DNA from: a virus
Taxonomy: Duplodnaviria > Heunggongvirae > Uroviricota > Caudoviricetes
Direction: 5' to 3' (one strand)
Length of the DNA: 64,000 nt
Virus record (IMG/VR): IMGVR_UViG_3300035210_000151
The position numbers and the translations under genes were made by a program. Below, one piece after another: positions 19,839 through 29,511 of this stretch. Each line of letters starts with the position of its first letter. Within the stretch, counting starts at the first letter, position 1. The notes under the pieces were generated by a model. The model was not told where the DNA came from. It saw only the letters and a list, made by a program, of their open reading frames with translations, and ran no database searches.

Positions 19839-20483
19839 ATGCGTCGTAATCTTAATTATCTATTCAAATTTATAACCAGCTCGCAATGTGTTATGCTGGC
19901 ATTGCCAATACTCTTACATGTGTATTTAATGTATTTCTATGACAAGCCTAATGCTTTATTCCTTATGGTCAATCAATTTACGATATTGATATCTTCATTG
20001 CCACTTCTATTGATATTTTTCAGAGCCTACAGTCATTCTAAGGTTGTTAGTTCTTGTGCGGTGTCATTAAGTATTCTCTTTTATTTGAATGCATATTTTA
20101 ATTTTATTGAAATCCATAACCTTACTGGAATTTATCTTTCATTGTTACTCTTTGGTTCTATTTTCATTTCGTTCAAATCTTTAACTGCTATTCAGGAAAT
20201 TCATCAAATTGAAGGATTGAGAAAGCTCCCTAAATATGACTGTATTGAAATATCAACTATCTCCAACTTTGAAGACTCTTACGAAAAATTAGATCCATAT
20301 CAAAAAAGCTTTACTAAATTTAAGTTTTACTACAAAAACTGCTATGCTTATGGTGGACAAATTTATTACAATGGTGAAAAACATGACTTCTCCAATGTCA
20401 ATAATTACCTCAATGAGCAGAAAATTGACATAAATCGACTAACATCGGACGATTTCAAGCTAATATCTATGATTTTTATATGA
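19839..20483 (+). CDS. 4-TM membrane protein, family A, MxxI tail
   Basis: paralog (LPKYDCIE..DPY); ends DDFKLISMIFI*; start may be 19830. Confidence 0.8.
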   Translation: MRRNLNYLFKFITSSQCVMLALPILLHVYLMYFYDKPNALFLMVNQFTILISSLPLLLIFFRAYSHSKVVSSCAVSLSILFYLNAYFNFIEIHNLTGIYLSLLLFGSIFISFKSLTAIQEIHQIEGLRKLPKYDCIEISTISNFEDSYEKLDPYQKSFTKFKFYYKNCYAYGGQIYYNGEKHDFSNVNNYLNEQKIDINRLTSDDFKLISMIFI

Positions 20484-20559
20484 TTTTTTGATTTTTTTTG
20501 TTGCTTTTTAAATAACAAGTATGTTAATATATAACAACTTAAATAGTGAGGATATAATC

Positions 20560-20862
20560 ATGCATAATCAACATTGTTTCTACGCTCTAAAAGATGGTAA
20601 ATCCTATCGTTCATTCAACAAGAACCCACTTCATTTCAAAATGTTTGAACAAGAAACCCCAATCAAGGTTGTTGTTAATGTGCTCAATGATGAAGCCGAA
20701 AAATTTACTCATGTTGGTTTGCTGAATAAAGAAGGTCGCCTTGAACATATTCATACCGAAGCTAAACATGTCAAAACATTTTTGGGTTTGAAAGAAGACG
20801 AAGAAGTTCCAGTCCACTCAGGTCGCATTGTTAAACTTCAAGCTGCAGCTTTCGAAAGTTAA
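20560..20862 (+). CDS. hypothetical protein
   Basis: GAGG RBS before MHNQHCF. Confidence 0.7.
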   Translation: MHNQHCFYALKDGKSYRSFNKNPLHFKMFEQETPIKVVVNVLNDEAEKFTHVGLLNKEGRLEHIHTEAKHVKTFLGLKEDEEVPVHSGRIVKLQAAAFES

Positions 20863-20885
20863 TTATCAATTTTGATTAGTGGATA

Positions 20886-21686
20886 TTATTGTTTTGGCGA
20901 TATATCCACTTTCACTGTTTGACTGGCTAAGTTGTTAAATAATGCACAGCGTGCAACTAATATTCTATTTTCAACAGGAATACTAGTGTCATTGTATTCA
21001 AATGGGCATGTTTTTCCATTGACAGTTATTTCATAGTTAACTAAGGTAGCTTGACCAACACCATTGATAGTTCTGAATATCGTTACTCCACCTTGATCGG
21101 TTAAAAATTCTATTTGCTGACCATTTATTGTTGATGGCGATAAGCTTGCTGGATCATATCTTTCAAATGACGCATAAGAACCTATTGGTGCAAAATACCC
21201 GTAGTAATGCGTAGTCCCCCATCCAAAATAATGAGCAACTTGCATGGTATGTGTAAATCTTGTTCCATAAGCAGTCTTTGTATTTTTTTGATTGTTTTCA
21301 GTTTCTGATTCAGTAATCAAATCACCTATATTCCGCTTATTGCCTAAACTTGATATTTCAGTATTTTGTACAGTTCTTGTTTTTTCTCCTGTACAATCAT
21401 TCGCGGATTGTTGAAAGCTTACACCTGTTGGCTTCGTATTGACGGTAGGTATCCAATTAGTGCATGTTTTAGGACCATAAACCCAATCAGTGATTATGGA
21501 CTCACCTTGACTCCATGTTTCGACTGGTTCGGGTTCAACGGGTTCTTTCTCAGGCTCATCTGGACTTTTTATATTGATAAAATTTATGTTTTCCAATGGA
21601 TAAACTAATCCGTATGAAGCAGACGAATTGATTGTTTGAATACTAACTAATAATATCATTAATGGTGTGAGTTTGTAGATTTTCAT
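20886..21686 (-). CDS. secreted Cys-containing protein (signal peptide, YxxxxPLE motif, Pro/Glu linker)
   Basis: signal peptide ending SSA; YGLVYPLENINFIN; PDEPEKEPVEPEP; CTNWIP module. Confidence 0.75.
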   Translation of the reverse strand: MKIYKLTPLMILLVSIQTINSSASYGLVYPLENINFINIKSPDEPEKEPVEPEPVETWSQGESIITDWVYGPKTCTNWIPTVNTKPTGVSFQQSANDCTGEKTRTVQNTEISSLGNKRNIGDLITESETENNQKNTKTAYGTRFTHTMQVAHYFGWGTTHYYGYFAPIGSYASFERYDPASLSPSTINGQQIEFLTDQGGVTIFRTINGVGQATLVNYEITVNGKTCPFEYNDTSIPVENRILVARCALFNNLASQTVKVDISPKQ

Positions 21687-21765
21687 ATATTTTTTATTGT
21701 TTTAATTTAAATATTATAACTTTATTTAGCTTGCTATCAAATATTATTAGTATATTTTTATAAAA

Positions 21766-22116
21766 TTACGAATAATGTGTGAAAACATAAATATTAAGCT
21801 TTAATTCATCTTCTGTAAAACCAAATGTCTCAACCAGTTCTTTTTTTAGCTTTTTATCACTGAATACTTTCTTATCAATCTCAGTCATGGGTATGCCTTC
21901 ATAGCTTTCTCTGGATTTAGCAATCAGTTTACCAATGAAGGCATATTCACCAGACATTCCATCAACAATAACAACGGTATCACCTTTCTTTTGAGTTCTT
22001 CGATTGGTGTAAGCATCATGAAGACTATCATTTTCCTCTATGTTATATTTTTCATTGTAGTCATCATAAGTCATTTTAATACCCATTATGATGTAATGAT
22101 TTTCGTTAACTGACAT
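21766..22116 (-). CDS. hypothetical protein, probable paralog of 52747..53133
   Basis: MSVN....I.G..+T N-terminus shared; DGMSGEYAFIG. Confidence 0.75.
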   Translation of the reverse strand: MSVNENHYIIMGIKMTYDDYNEKYNIEENDSLHDAYTNRRTQKKGDTVVIVDGMSGEYAFIGKLIAKSRESYEGIPMTEIDKKVFSDKKLKKELVETFGFTEDELKLNIYVFTHYS

Positions 22117-22445
22117 AGATGTTCACTCCTTTTAGAAACCTTATTATACGTTAATGGTTCAAAATAATCAATCAAAAAAACTGACATTTATGTAAACTTC
22201 ATAATGGCATTCTTGCTTATTACGGATATTTGTATGTTATTTCTATATTTTTCTGTTTTTTAAGCATTTAAAAATATTTTAAAAATAATGTGTGTAAATT
22301 ATATTAGCACGGAAAAATGACATGTATATGGTTTTTATGGGTGTTTTTTATGGCCTATTTTTTGTCAATATAAAAAAAATGATATAGCTTATTTTATATT
22401 GTTTATTTTGTGTTATACTGTAATTAACAACAATATGGAATTATT

Positions 22446-22892
22446 ATGGATCACAATGCTAATGAAAACAAATATGTTCAGATAATCACTGATGCTTTAA
22501 CTTCTGCTCAGGAAATGATGAAGGTCAATCAGTCAATTTTTGAAAAAGTATTGCCATCTGCAGTCGCAGATGAGATAGAGCATCGTGGACGCGGTGTTGA
22601 TTTTATGTTTAATGAATTAAAACACAAAGTTGAGAACGGAACATCTCTTACTCCACCAGAAGTTTCTATGGTTAACCGTGCTCTTGTTGAATATTCACAA
22701 AGGATAGACTTGGCTCAAACGCATTTTATTCATGTTAACGAAGATTACAGCCAGATTTCACATTTTAAAGAAATCGGACATGATATTTATAAGGTTCAAA
22801 TAGACTTTAATGCTAAGGTTGCTTTGGATGCTGGTAATAGAAATGATCTTGATGACGTTAAATCAAGATTGAATAACAGACCAAGACCGTAA
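22446..22892 (+). CDS. hypothetical helical protein with basic C-terminal tail
   Basis: 148 aa; ends KSRLNNRPRP*. Confidence 0.75.
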   Translation: MDHNANENKYVQIITDALTSAQEMMKVNQSIFEKVLPSAVADEIEHRGRGVDFMFNELKHKVENGTSLTPPEVSMVNRALVEYSQRIDLAQTHFIHVNEDYSQISHFKEIGHDIYKVQIDFNAKVALDAGNRNDLDDVKSRLNNRPRP

Positions 22893-22904
22893 GGTTCTCA
22901 ATAC

Positions 22905-22933
22905 AGAAAAGACATCTCAGGATGTCTTTTTTT
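22905..22933 (+). terminator. Rho-independent terminator
   Basis: AAAAGACATC-TCAG-GATGTCTTTTTTT. Confidence 0.8.
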
Positions 22934-22998
22934 GTTGTATTTATTTTTAATTTACGGTATACTAGCCATCTCATTTAAACAAACACGAGGATTTAACT

Positions 22999-23319
22999 AT
23001 GTCTCAACAACAAGGTCAACAAAAACAACAACCCATTGAAGTTCATCTGTTCAGTGCCAAACTGCATATGGTCGGCCACAACTACATGTTCCCAAAAGGT
23101 TCTGTTGTTCACATTCACAAACGTGTTGATGATAACAAATCCAAAAAAAGTGTTTTCCAAGGTCTTCACTTTAATAACGGTTCTGTGGTTGAAGTTCAGT
23201 TTGACGCCAAAACACTTCGTCACCTGAATTGGGATGAAAAGCCTGATCGCACTGCTTATCATGTAACTTTGGTTCAATCCGAAGTGGACGCACTCAACCT
23301 ACCAGCACTGCCAGTTTAA
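22999..23319 (+). CDS. hypothetical protein
   Basis: GAGG RBS, promoter upstream. Confidence 0.75.
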   Translation: MSQQQGQQKQQPIEVHLFSAKLHMVGHNYMFPKGSVVHIHKRVDDNKSKKSVFQGLHFNNGSVVEVQFDAKTLRHLNWDEKPDRTAYHVTLVQSEVDALNLPALPV

Positions 23320-23344
23320 CAAACGTCTGCAGTATTCATTAACC

Positions 23345-23364
23345 GTGTCCGGTTCGCCGGACAT
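23345..23364 (+). promoter_or_regulatory. intercistronic UUCG hairpin directly 5' of an RBS
   Basis: GTGTCCGG-TTCG-CCGGACAT followed by TGAGGA, no U tract. Confidence 0.55.
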
Positions 23365-23377
23365 TGAGGAATACAAT

Positions 23378-23590
23378 ATGAGCCTTTCCAAGAAAGCTAT
23401 CAGTGTTTGTTTTGAAGACTTGTCACTAGACGATGACGTTATCATTTGGGATCGTGACCACAATGCTCACGGAGCGACTGGTAAGGTTTATCATCTGGAT
23501 ACGACCACTCGGATGGTTTCAGTGGTGACAACAGGTTGTGTCGATACATGGGAAGGAATGGCGGATGGACTTCAAAAAGTCATAGATTAA
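23378..23590 (+). CDS. small hypothetical protein (possible SH3/KOW-like beta fold)
   Basis: GAGG RBS; DDVIIW....HGATGKVYHLD. Confidence 0.65.
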   Translation: MSLSKKAISVCFEDLSLDDDVIIWDRDHNAHGATGKVYHLDTTTRMVSVVTTGCVDTWEGMADGLQKVID

Positions 23591-23605
23591 AAAGTCATAG
23601 ATTAA
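23574..23605 (+). repeat. 15-bp tandem duplication spanning a stop codon
   Basis: AAAAAGTCATAGATT x2 (+AA). Confidence 0.9.
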
Positions 23606-23623
23606 GAACTTAGCAACAACATT

Positions 23624-23650
23624 AAACCTCACATCATTGTGGGGTTTTTT
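23624..23650 (+). terminator. Rho-independent terminator
   Basis: AAACCTCACA-TCAT-TGTGGGGTTTTTT. Confidence 0.75.
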
Positions 23651-23798
23651 ATTGTATGTTATTTGACTTTTTATTTATCTACTATAATTTAATAGTAAAT
23701 AAGGCATTTTGTAGATATGCCTACCTAATCACTACATGGGAAGCCAACGCCATCTACCAAACTAAATAACAGATAAAGTGATATCGGAGCATACACAC

Positions 23799-25451
23799 AT
23801 GAAAACAATCTATTTCATCGACAACGAGTCGATCAAAAGAACAGCTAAGTCTATTCAAAAAACAAACCCAACTTTCAAACACACTGTCATACTGGATGAC
23901 TTGGCTAAATTACTTGGCTATACATCATATAACCAGTATGAACACTATTTAACCAATGCAATCCTTTCAAAAGATAACAGTTTAAAGTCTCTTAAGGCAC
24001 TCACAAAAATAGATTCAATTGAATTACTTATTTTAAAAGATAAATTTATTGATAAATTAGCGAGCACTGGATATTCCATTGATAGTTTATATTTCATTAA
24101 CAAAATAATAGATAATCAGAGACAAGGTTTTATTGAACATTCACATTTAAATTTGAAAGCATATATTTACTATCTCCCTTTCGTTTTCACTCCTACAAAT
24201 GAATTGTTGAATGTAGATGCTACTTTTATTCGTCATGGTCAGTTACAAAATATTATTAATATTGTTATAGATGAATATAAAAAAATAGATGTTGAAGCTA
24301 TCGAGAACCTTATTCGTAGGATGAAAATATCTCCTGACTATTCTGTTGATAGTGAACTCTATAATGCATTTAGCAAATTTAATGATGACTTAAAAACTAG
24401 AGGAATTTATTATTATATCAAATCCATCATGGAAGATTTTGATTATGATGAAGGCTATTTAACCAAACTTATATTTGAAGGCCATAGTGTTGAAAAAATA
24501 GAGCATCACATAAACATAAGGATAGAAAAACAAAGGCTTGCAAGAAATGATGAAATTCCAGTATTCTTCAAAGCTGATAAATACACAAGTCTTCAAAACT
24601 ATTACCCATTTATACGTGAATCAGTGACAGAAGAAAAACCTTTTATTTTTGGTAGACAGGTTGACCAAAGCCCTTTTTTTGCGACTCCTGAACATTTGCA
24701 TTCAAATATTTCAGTATTAGGTGCTCCGGGGACTGGTAAAGGTGTTTTTATTCATTCACTCATGTTTCAACTAATGATGAATAATAGAGGTTTTTGTGTT
24801 ATGAATCCATTAGGTCGAGATTATTCTACAACTTACATAAAAAATATGGCAACTTTATTAAATAAAAAGAATGATATGTTTGTTTTTAATACAGATGCGA
24901 GTACAAAACTAATTTCTAGTAGCATTCATAATGATAAAATTGTTTACACAACATTTGATACAAGAGATGATGATAGGCGTAACGTAGATACTTTAAGACT
25001 TGGGAGCAATAGATTTGAACAAATATTGATCGCCTTGACTGAGCAATTCTTTACTTCAAAATTTAGAAATAAGAAGATTCCTTTTTATATCATTATTGAA
25101 GAGGCTCATAATTTGATGAATATTAATGAAAACACTGCAAATATGATTAAAAAATTGAATGAATTAAATATTTTCTTCGTTTTTGATCATCAACTTCATG
25201 AAGATTATATCAATGATCTTTGCAACACAACTTTGGTTACTAATTCATCATTTTTCTTGTTCAAAAATGCTGCCAACTTTGAATTCAAACAACTTATGAT
25301 TAATTTATATGATCGAAAAGAACTTATTGGGACAACTGGACCGACTAAAAAGCTACCGCCTGTCTTCAGCATCATTCAGAAGGGTGTTCATACAGGACAG
25401 TTCATTACTGAAATTGATGAAGATTTATACGATAATATTCAACAACCATAA
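23799..25451 (+). CDS. P-loop NTPase (TraD/VirD4/HerA-like) with small N-terminal helical domain
   Basis: HSNISVLGAPGTGKG, GFCVMNPLG, FYIIIEEAH; N-terminus KRTAK.I......KH..ILD.LA.LLGY..YN. Confidence 0.6.
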   Translation: MKTIYFIDNESIKRTAKSIQKTNPTFKHTVILDDLAKLLGYTSYNQYEHYLTNAILSKDNSLKSLKALTKIDSIELLILKDKFIDKLASTGYSIDSLYFINKIIDNQRQGFIEHSHLNLKAYIYYLPFVFTPTNELLNVDATFIRHGQLQNIINIVIDEYKKIDVEAIENLIRRMKISPDYSVDSELYNAFSKFNDDLKTRGIYYYIKSIMEDFDYDEGYLTKLIFEGHSVEKIEHHINIRIEKQRLARNDEIPVFFKADKYTSLQNYYPFIRESVTEEKPFIFGRQVDQSPFFATPEHLHSNISVLGAPGTGKGVFIHSLMFQLMMNNRGFCVMNPLGRDYSTTYIKNMATLLNKKNDMFVFNTDASTKLISSSIHNDKIVYTTFDTRDDDRRNVDTLRLGSNRFEQILIALTEQFFTSKFRNKKIPFYIIIEEAHNLMNINENTANMIKKLNELNIFFVFDHQLHEDYINDLCNTTLVTNSSFFLFKNAANFEFKQLMINLYDRKELIGTTGPTKKLPPVFSIIQKGVHTGQFITEIDEDLYDNIQQP

Positions 25452-25461
25452 GACTACTGTT

Positions 25462-25491
25462 AAAAGAAACCCTTTCGAGGGTTTTTCTTTT
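25462..25491 (+). terminator. Rho-independent terminator
   Basis: AAAGAAACCCT-TTCG-AGGGTTTTTCTTT. Confidence 0.8.
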
Positions 25492-25564
25492 ATTTGCTGT
25501 TAAATAAACATTTTCAAGTTTGACAAAATAGATATTTGAGTTACATTATTTGGGGGAGAATTCT

Positions 25565-26398
25565 ATGAAATGGTTAACTAAATATTTTAATAAAAAAGTC
25601 AATAATGAAGAATTATTTTTAAATCATTTAAAGTCAACCTATGATTTTGATGAAGCCTGCATAATTAAAAAAGATGACTCCGACTTTCTAAATATTATTA
25701 GGACTATTGCAACTTCAATTATTGTTCGTGATAATAGACCGCTTGGTATATCAACCGCCGATCCTGACAGCATTCAAGAACTTACTAACAAGATCCTTTC
25801 AGAATATGATTATTCTATTATAAAACTTTCACGTAACTACACAATGTCTAAATCGTATGATTATGCTTTGTTTTCAGAAAATGTTACTGGATATAGTATT
25901 TCATTTAAGTATTTAACTGATCGTAATTTGTTTGCCTCATTTCCTCATCTTGATGGTTTTGGATACTATTACAAAGAACTAATTAAGATAAGCAACTATA
26001 AATTCACGAATAATCAGCAACCTGCTTGTTTAAGACCCTCTTATTCAATTAGATTTCCATTGTTAAACAATGGTATGTTAGATGATTATAAAAGACCTTA
26101 CTATGTAAGACTAGAAACTGGTCATCGTGATTTAGAAGTTACTGTTGATATTTATGATGATGATAATAAAACTAATTATTGTGCTAAATTGTTTTATGGG
26201 AACACACTTTTAAAAGAAGAAAATTATAGTTCAATGAATGATTTTACTTTATTTTTAGATGAATTTCTATTTCCTTACAATTTAACAGAAACTATTATTA
26301 ATGAAGTTGGAATTCAATTGCCATTATCGTTTACACCAGATTTTGTAAAGTCCATGAACAAAGATTTTAAGCTTACTATTGATATGTTAAAGATATAA
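25565..26398 (+). CDS. family B protein, MxxI tail
   Basis: FLNHLK.TYDFDEA; FLFP; ends KDFKLTIDMLKI*. Confidence 0.8.
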   Translation: MKWLTKYFNKKVNNEELFLNHLKSTYDFDEACIIKKDDSDFLNIIRTIATSIIVRDNRPLGISTADPDSIQELTNKILSEYDYSIIKLSRNYTMSKSYDYALFSENVTGYSISFKYLTDRNLFASFPHLDGFGYYYKELIKISNYKFTNNQQPACLRPSYSIRFPLLNNGMLDDYKRPYYVRLETGHRDLEVTVDIYDDDNKTNYCAKLFYGNTLLKEENYSSMNDFTLFLDEFLFPYNLTETIINEVGIQLPLSFTPDFVKSMNKDFKLTIDMLKI

Positions 26399-26409
26399 GG
26401 ATAACTACA

Positions 26410-27270
26410 ATGACAGACTTAGCCAGAAAGAAAAATTTAGAAACTTCAAATATAAAAGTCAATGAAGACCAAGAATATATTGAGATCTTTTTAAATCATT
26501 TAAAAAATGAATATGATTATGATAGTGTATCTCTTTATACTTTTCAATCACCATTTGAAAGTTGTCAATTAAATATTTTAGATGACGCAATAAACTCAAT
26601 AAGTAATATGGCGAATCGTTTTGACAATTATAAAAAATTAATATTAGAGTATTTTGATACTATTAAGATTGTCAAACTTACAAGAATTTATGAATTTCAT
26701 GAAGATAGTTATTATTTAATTATTTCAACTCAGTGTAATGTTAATGAATACACTATAAATTTATCATCTAGGTTTAATGATTTTGGTATTTTAAATTTTG
26801 AAAATGTTGATGATGAAAAATTTATTTATTCTTTCGAAGACTTTATGATTTATTTAAATTTTAAAATTAATCGTGTTTCTAAATTATGTCAATTTGAATC
26901 AGTTTTTATAGTTAATTCTAAAATCAATAATAAGCCACCATTTTTAATATATAATCATAAAACAAACTTTCATCTTCCAGTTTGTTACAATAGAAAAGCA
27001 CAAATAATTGTTAAAAGCACTAAAATAAACGAAATTGAAACATTGCTAGATTTAACACTTAATTTAAATAAAACGGTCATTAAGCATTGTTCATGTATTA
27101 TTAATAGTGCAGATTTAAATATCCAGATATTGATAGAAAGATTTATTTTTCCATTGAATGAATCTATTATTTTACTGAATGAATGGAATATTTATCCCCA
27201 ATTAACTTATGATTTCATGAATGTTGATTATAGTAATTTTTGGGATTTAAAAATGATGGTGCAAATATGA
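26410..27270 (+). CDS. family B protein, MxxI tail
   Basis: FLNHLKNEYDYD; FIFPLNE; ends NFWDLKMMVQI*. Confidence 0.8.
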   Translation: MTDLARKKNLETSNIKVNEDQEYIEIFLNHLKNEYDYDSVSLYTFQSPFESCQLNILDDAINSISNMANRFDNYKKLILEYFDTIKIVKLTRIYEFHEDSYYLIISTQCNVNEYTINLSSRFNDFGILNFENVDDEKFIYSFEDFMIYLNFKINRVSKLCQFESVFIVNSKINNKPPFLIYNHKTNFHLPVCYNRKAQIIVKSTKINEIETLLDLTLNLNKTVIKHCSCIINSADLNIQILIERFIFPLNESIILLNEWNIYPQLTYDFMNVDYSNFWDLKMMVQI

Positions 27271-27286
27271 AAATTAGGAGATTTAT

Positions 27287-28192
27287 ATGAAAGAAGGACA
27301 TGTATTCAGGTCGTTTACTGACACTGGTGATATCTATTCACAGCAAATACTGCAGAACAAGACACTTGAAAACTTTCTTTTGCATTTAAAAGAGTCCCTT
27401 GATTATGAGCAGGCTACCATTTATATTTATGACAACATAACTCAAAACTCAAAGGTTGACCTTGTTGAGAAGGCTATTAATTTTATATTAAAGGCTCGTT
27501 TCAAAAATAATATAGACTCTGATCAATATAGTCATTTTAAAGATAGATTATTTAACTACTCAGAAGTGATTCAGGTTGTTCAATTGACGCGAGTTTATAA
27601 TAGACATAAAGAATACCACTATTTATTTGTATCCAGTTATCTTGATGGTGATGAATTGAATATCATTATCCCTTCTGAATTAAATGAATGTTCTTTCTTA
27701 GGGGTTCCATCAATTAATATAAGTCAGTATCGAAAATATCCTAGCTATGATGATTACAACCATTTTGTTGAATTTAAAGAAGATAAAGTTAACAATAATA
27801 GAACTCATTTTCTTCAATCTGTTTGTGAAATAAACATGGAAATAAACTACTCCAGTCCTATTCTATCAAGCCGTCTTAAAACTACTTATGACGCTATCAG
27901 TTACGATAGAAAAGCCCAAGTCGTTTTAACATTATACCCACAAGATTATGAGTTTAACTGTGATTATGTTATTGATTTATCATTAATATACAAACAAAAA
28001 ACAATAAAAAGAACAGTTATTGAGCATCGTAGTGTAAACGATTTGGATAAAATCATTGAGAAATTCATATTTCCATTGGCTGAATCTTATGAACTTATTA
28101 ATGAATGGGAGTTAGATCCTGAATTGACAGCAGAGTTTATGTCACATGATTATGAATCTTACTGGGAATTAAAACAAATGGTGGAAATATGA
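27287..28192 (+). CDS. family B protein, MxxI tail
   Basis: FLLHLKESLDYE; FIFPLAE; ends SYWELKQMVEI*. Confidence 0.8.
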   Translation: MKEGHVFRSFTDTGDIYSQQILQNKTLENFLLHLKESLDYEQATIYIYDNITQNSKVDLVEKAINFILKARFKNNIDSDQYSHFKDRLFNYSEVIQVVQLTRVYNRHKEYHYLFVSSYLDGDELNIIIPSELNECSFLGVPSINISQYRKYPSYDDYNHFVEFKEDKVNNNRTHFLQSVCEINMEINYSSPILSSRLKTTYDAISYDRKAQVVLTLYPQDYEFNCDYVIDLSLIYKQKTIKRTVIEHRSVNDLDKIIEKFIFPLAESYELINEWELDPELTAEFMSHDYESYWELKQMVEI

Positions 28193-29127
28193 TAAAGGCT
28201 ATTTTAAATTTTATCAAGGGTAAAGAAAACTTAGTTCCTTTAAAAGATGAAGCTATGCCAGAACTTTCAATACTGGACGAAAGATTATCTAGATTAAATA
28301 AACATTTTATTTTACTAGACAAACCTTTAAAAAATCTATTAACTTTTCTGAAAGAAAAATATGATTATGATAGTGCTTCTTATTATTATTATTCACAACC
28401 ATTTTCTCAATATAATGAAGACGATCAGCTTTTTTTAAAAGAGGCTTTAGATCAAGCATATGCTAAATCTAGGACGCCTGAACTGCATTCTTTTGCTTTT
28501 ATTGAACTTAAACGATTTTTTGATAATAATCATAGTTCAAATATTGTTCCTATATACAGCTTTTTACAGAATGATGATATCATCAGAATTCTTCTTGATG
28601 GGATTGACATTAATTTAAATTTTCTAAGAATAAAAACCATTAATTTAAAAAACATTAATTTAAAAAACATTCATGGACGTAAATTTATTGAATACAGAGA
28701 GTATTATGATGATGACACAAATACAATGCCTTCATTTCAACACCTACAATCTGTTTTTAGTGCTGCAATTCCATTAAGAAATTCACCACCTATTTTAGAT
28801 ATTAATGATGCTCCTGTTACAGAAGAAGAATTTCTTAACTATAAAGATCGAGATGTTGAGTTGATCATTAGACGATATTTTGATAAAAACTCTATCGAGC
28901 ACTGTTCTATTGAATTGTTGAACAAAAAAGATATTATAAAATCCAAATTGATAAAAATGACTAATGAAAAAATTGATATTGATAAAGAGGTTGATGATTT
29001 TTTGTTTCCACTTCTAGAAACATCTGAATCGCTAGCTTTGTCTAATCTTACACCTGTATTTTCTAAGGACTTTATGTCGAATGATTTTTCAGATTATATT
29101 CTGTTAAAAAAAATGGAAGACATTTAA
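28189..29127 (+). CDS. family B protein, MxxI tail
   Basis: FLKEKYDYDSA; FLFPLLE; ends SDYILLKKMEDI*. Confidence 0.8.
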   Translation: MIKAILNFIKGKENLVPLKDEAMPELSILDERLSRLNKHFILLDKPLKNLLTFLKEKYDYDSASYYYYSQPFSQYNEDDQLFLKEALDQAYAKSRTPELHSFAFIELKRFFDNNHSSNIVPIYSFLQNDDIIRILLDGIDINLNFLRIKTINLKNINLKNIHGRKFIEYREYYDDDTNTMPSFQHLQSVFSAAIPLRNSPPILDINDAPVTEEEFLNYKDRDVELIIRRYFDKNSIEHCSIELLNKKDIIKSKLIKMTNEKIDIDKEVDDFLFPLLETSESLALSNLTPVFSKDFMSNDFSDYILLKKMEDI

Positions 29128-29190
29128 AAAGGCGTTGACGAAACTATTTCATCAGGTATTCTAACAGTATTCGACAAGGAGATTTAAGAA

Positions 29191-29406
29191 ATGACGTATT
29201 TTAATGCAAAAGGCGAAAATCATTCTGGTAAGGAGCTTTTTGACCGTGATGGCTTTGTAAAAGTAGATGTTCAGCATGAAATTGCAAATGTTGATCTGAA
29301 TGAGTTTCCAGCTCTATCAGAGATTGTTCGTTGCCATTATGCCCTCAAAGTGTGGCACAACCATCCTAATGAGGTACCGCAAACCATCTTTTCTCGAATT
29401 AAATGA
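29191..29406 (+). CDS. small hypothetical protein
   Basis: own promoter, AGGAG RBS, terminator downstream. Confidence 0.7.
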   Translation: MTYFNAKGENHSGKELFDRDGFVKVDVQHEIANVDLNEFPALSEIVRCHYALKVWHNHPNEVPQTIFSRIK

Positions 29407-29421
29407 GAAATAAACAAAAAT

Positions 29422-29445
29422 AGACCTCCTATCGAGGTCTTTTTT
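29422..29445 (+). terminator. Rho-independent terminator
   Basis: AGACCTC-CTATC-GAGGTCT plus T tract. Confidence 0.75.
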
Positions 29446-29511
29446 ATTGCATTGACACCATTATTTGTGTATAATCGCTCCATCAACCTTCATCCACTCA
29501 GGAGTTAAATA

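Noticed and set aside
23345-23364. Terminator
   Set aside because: No U tract and it sits directly before an RBS; more likely an mRNA-stabilising or processing hairpin.
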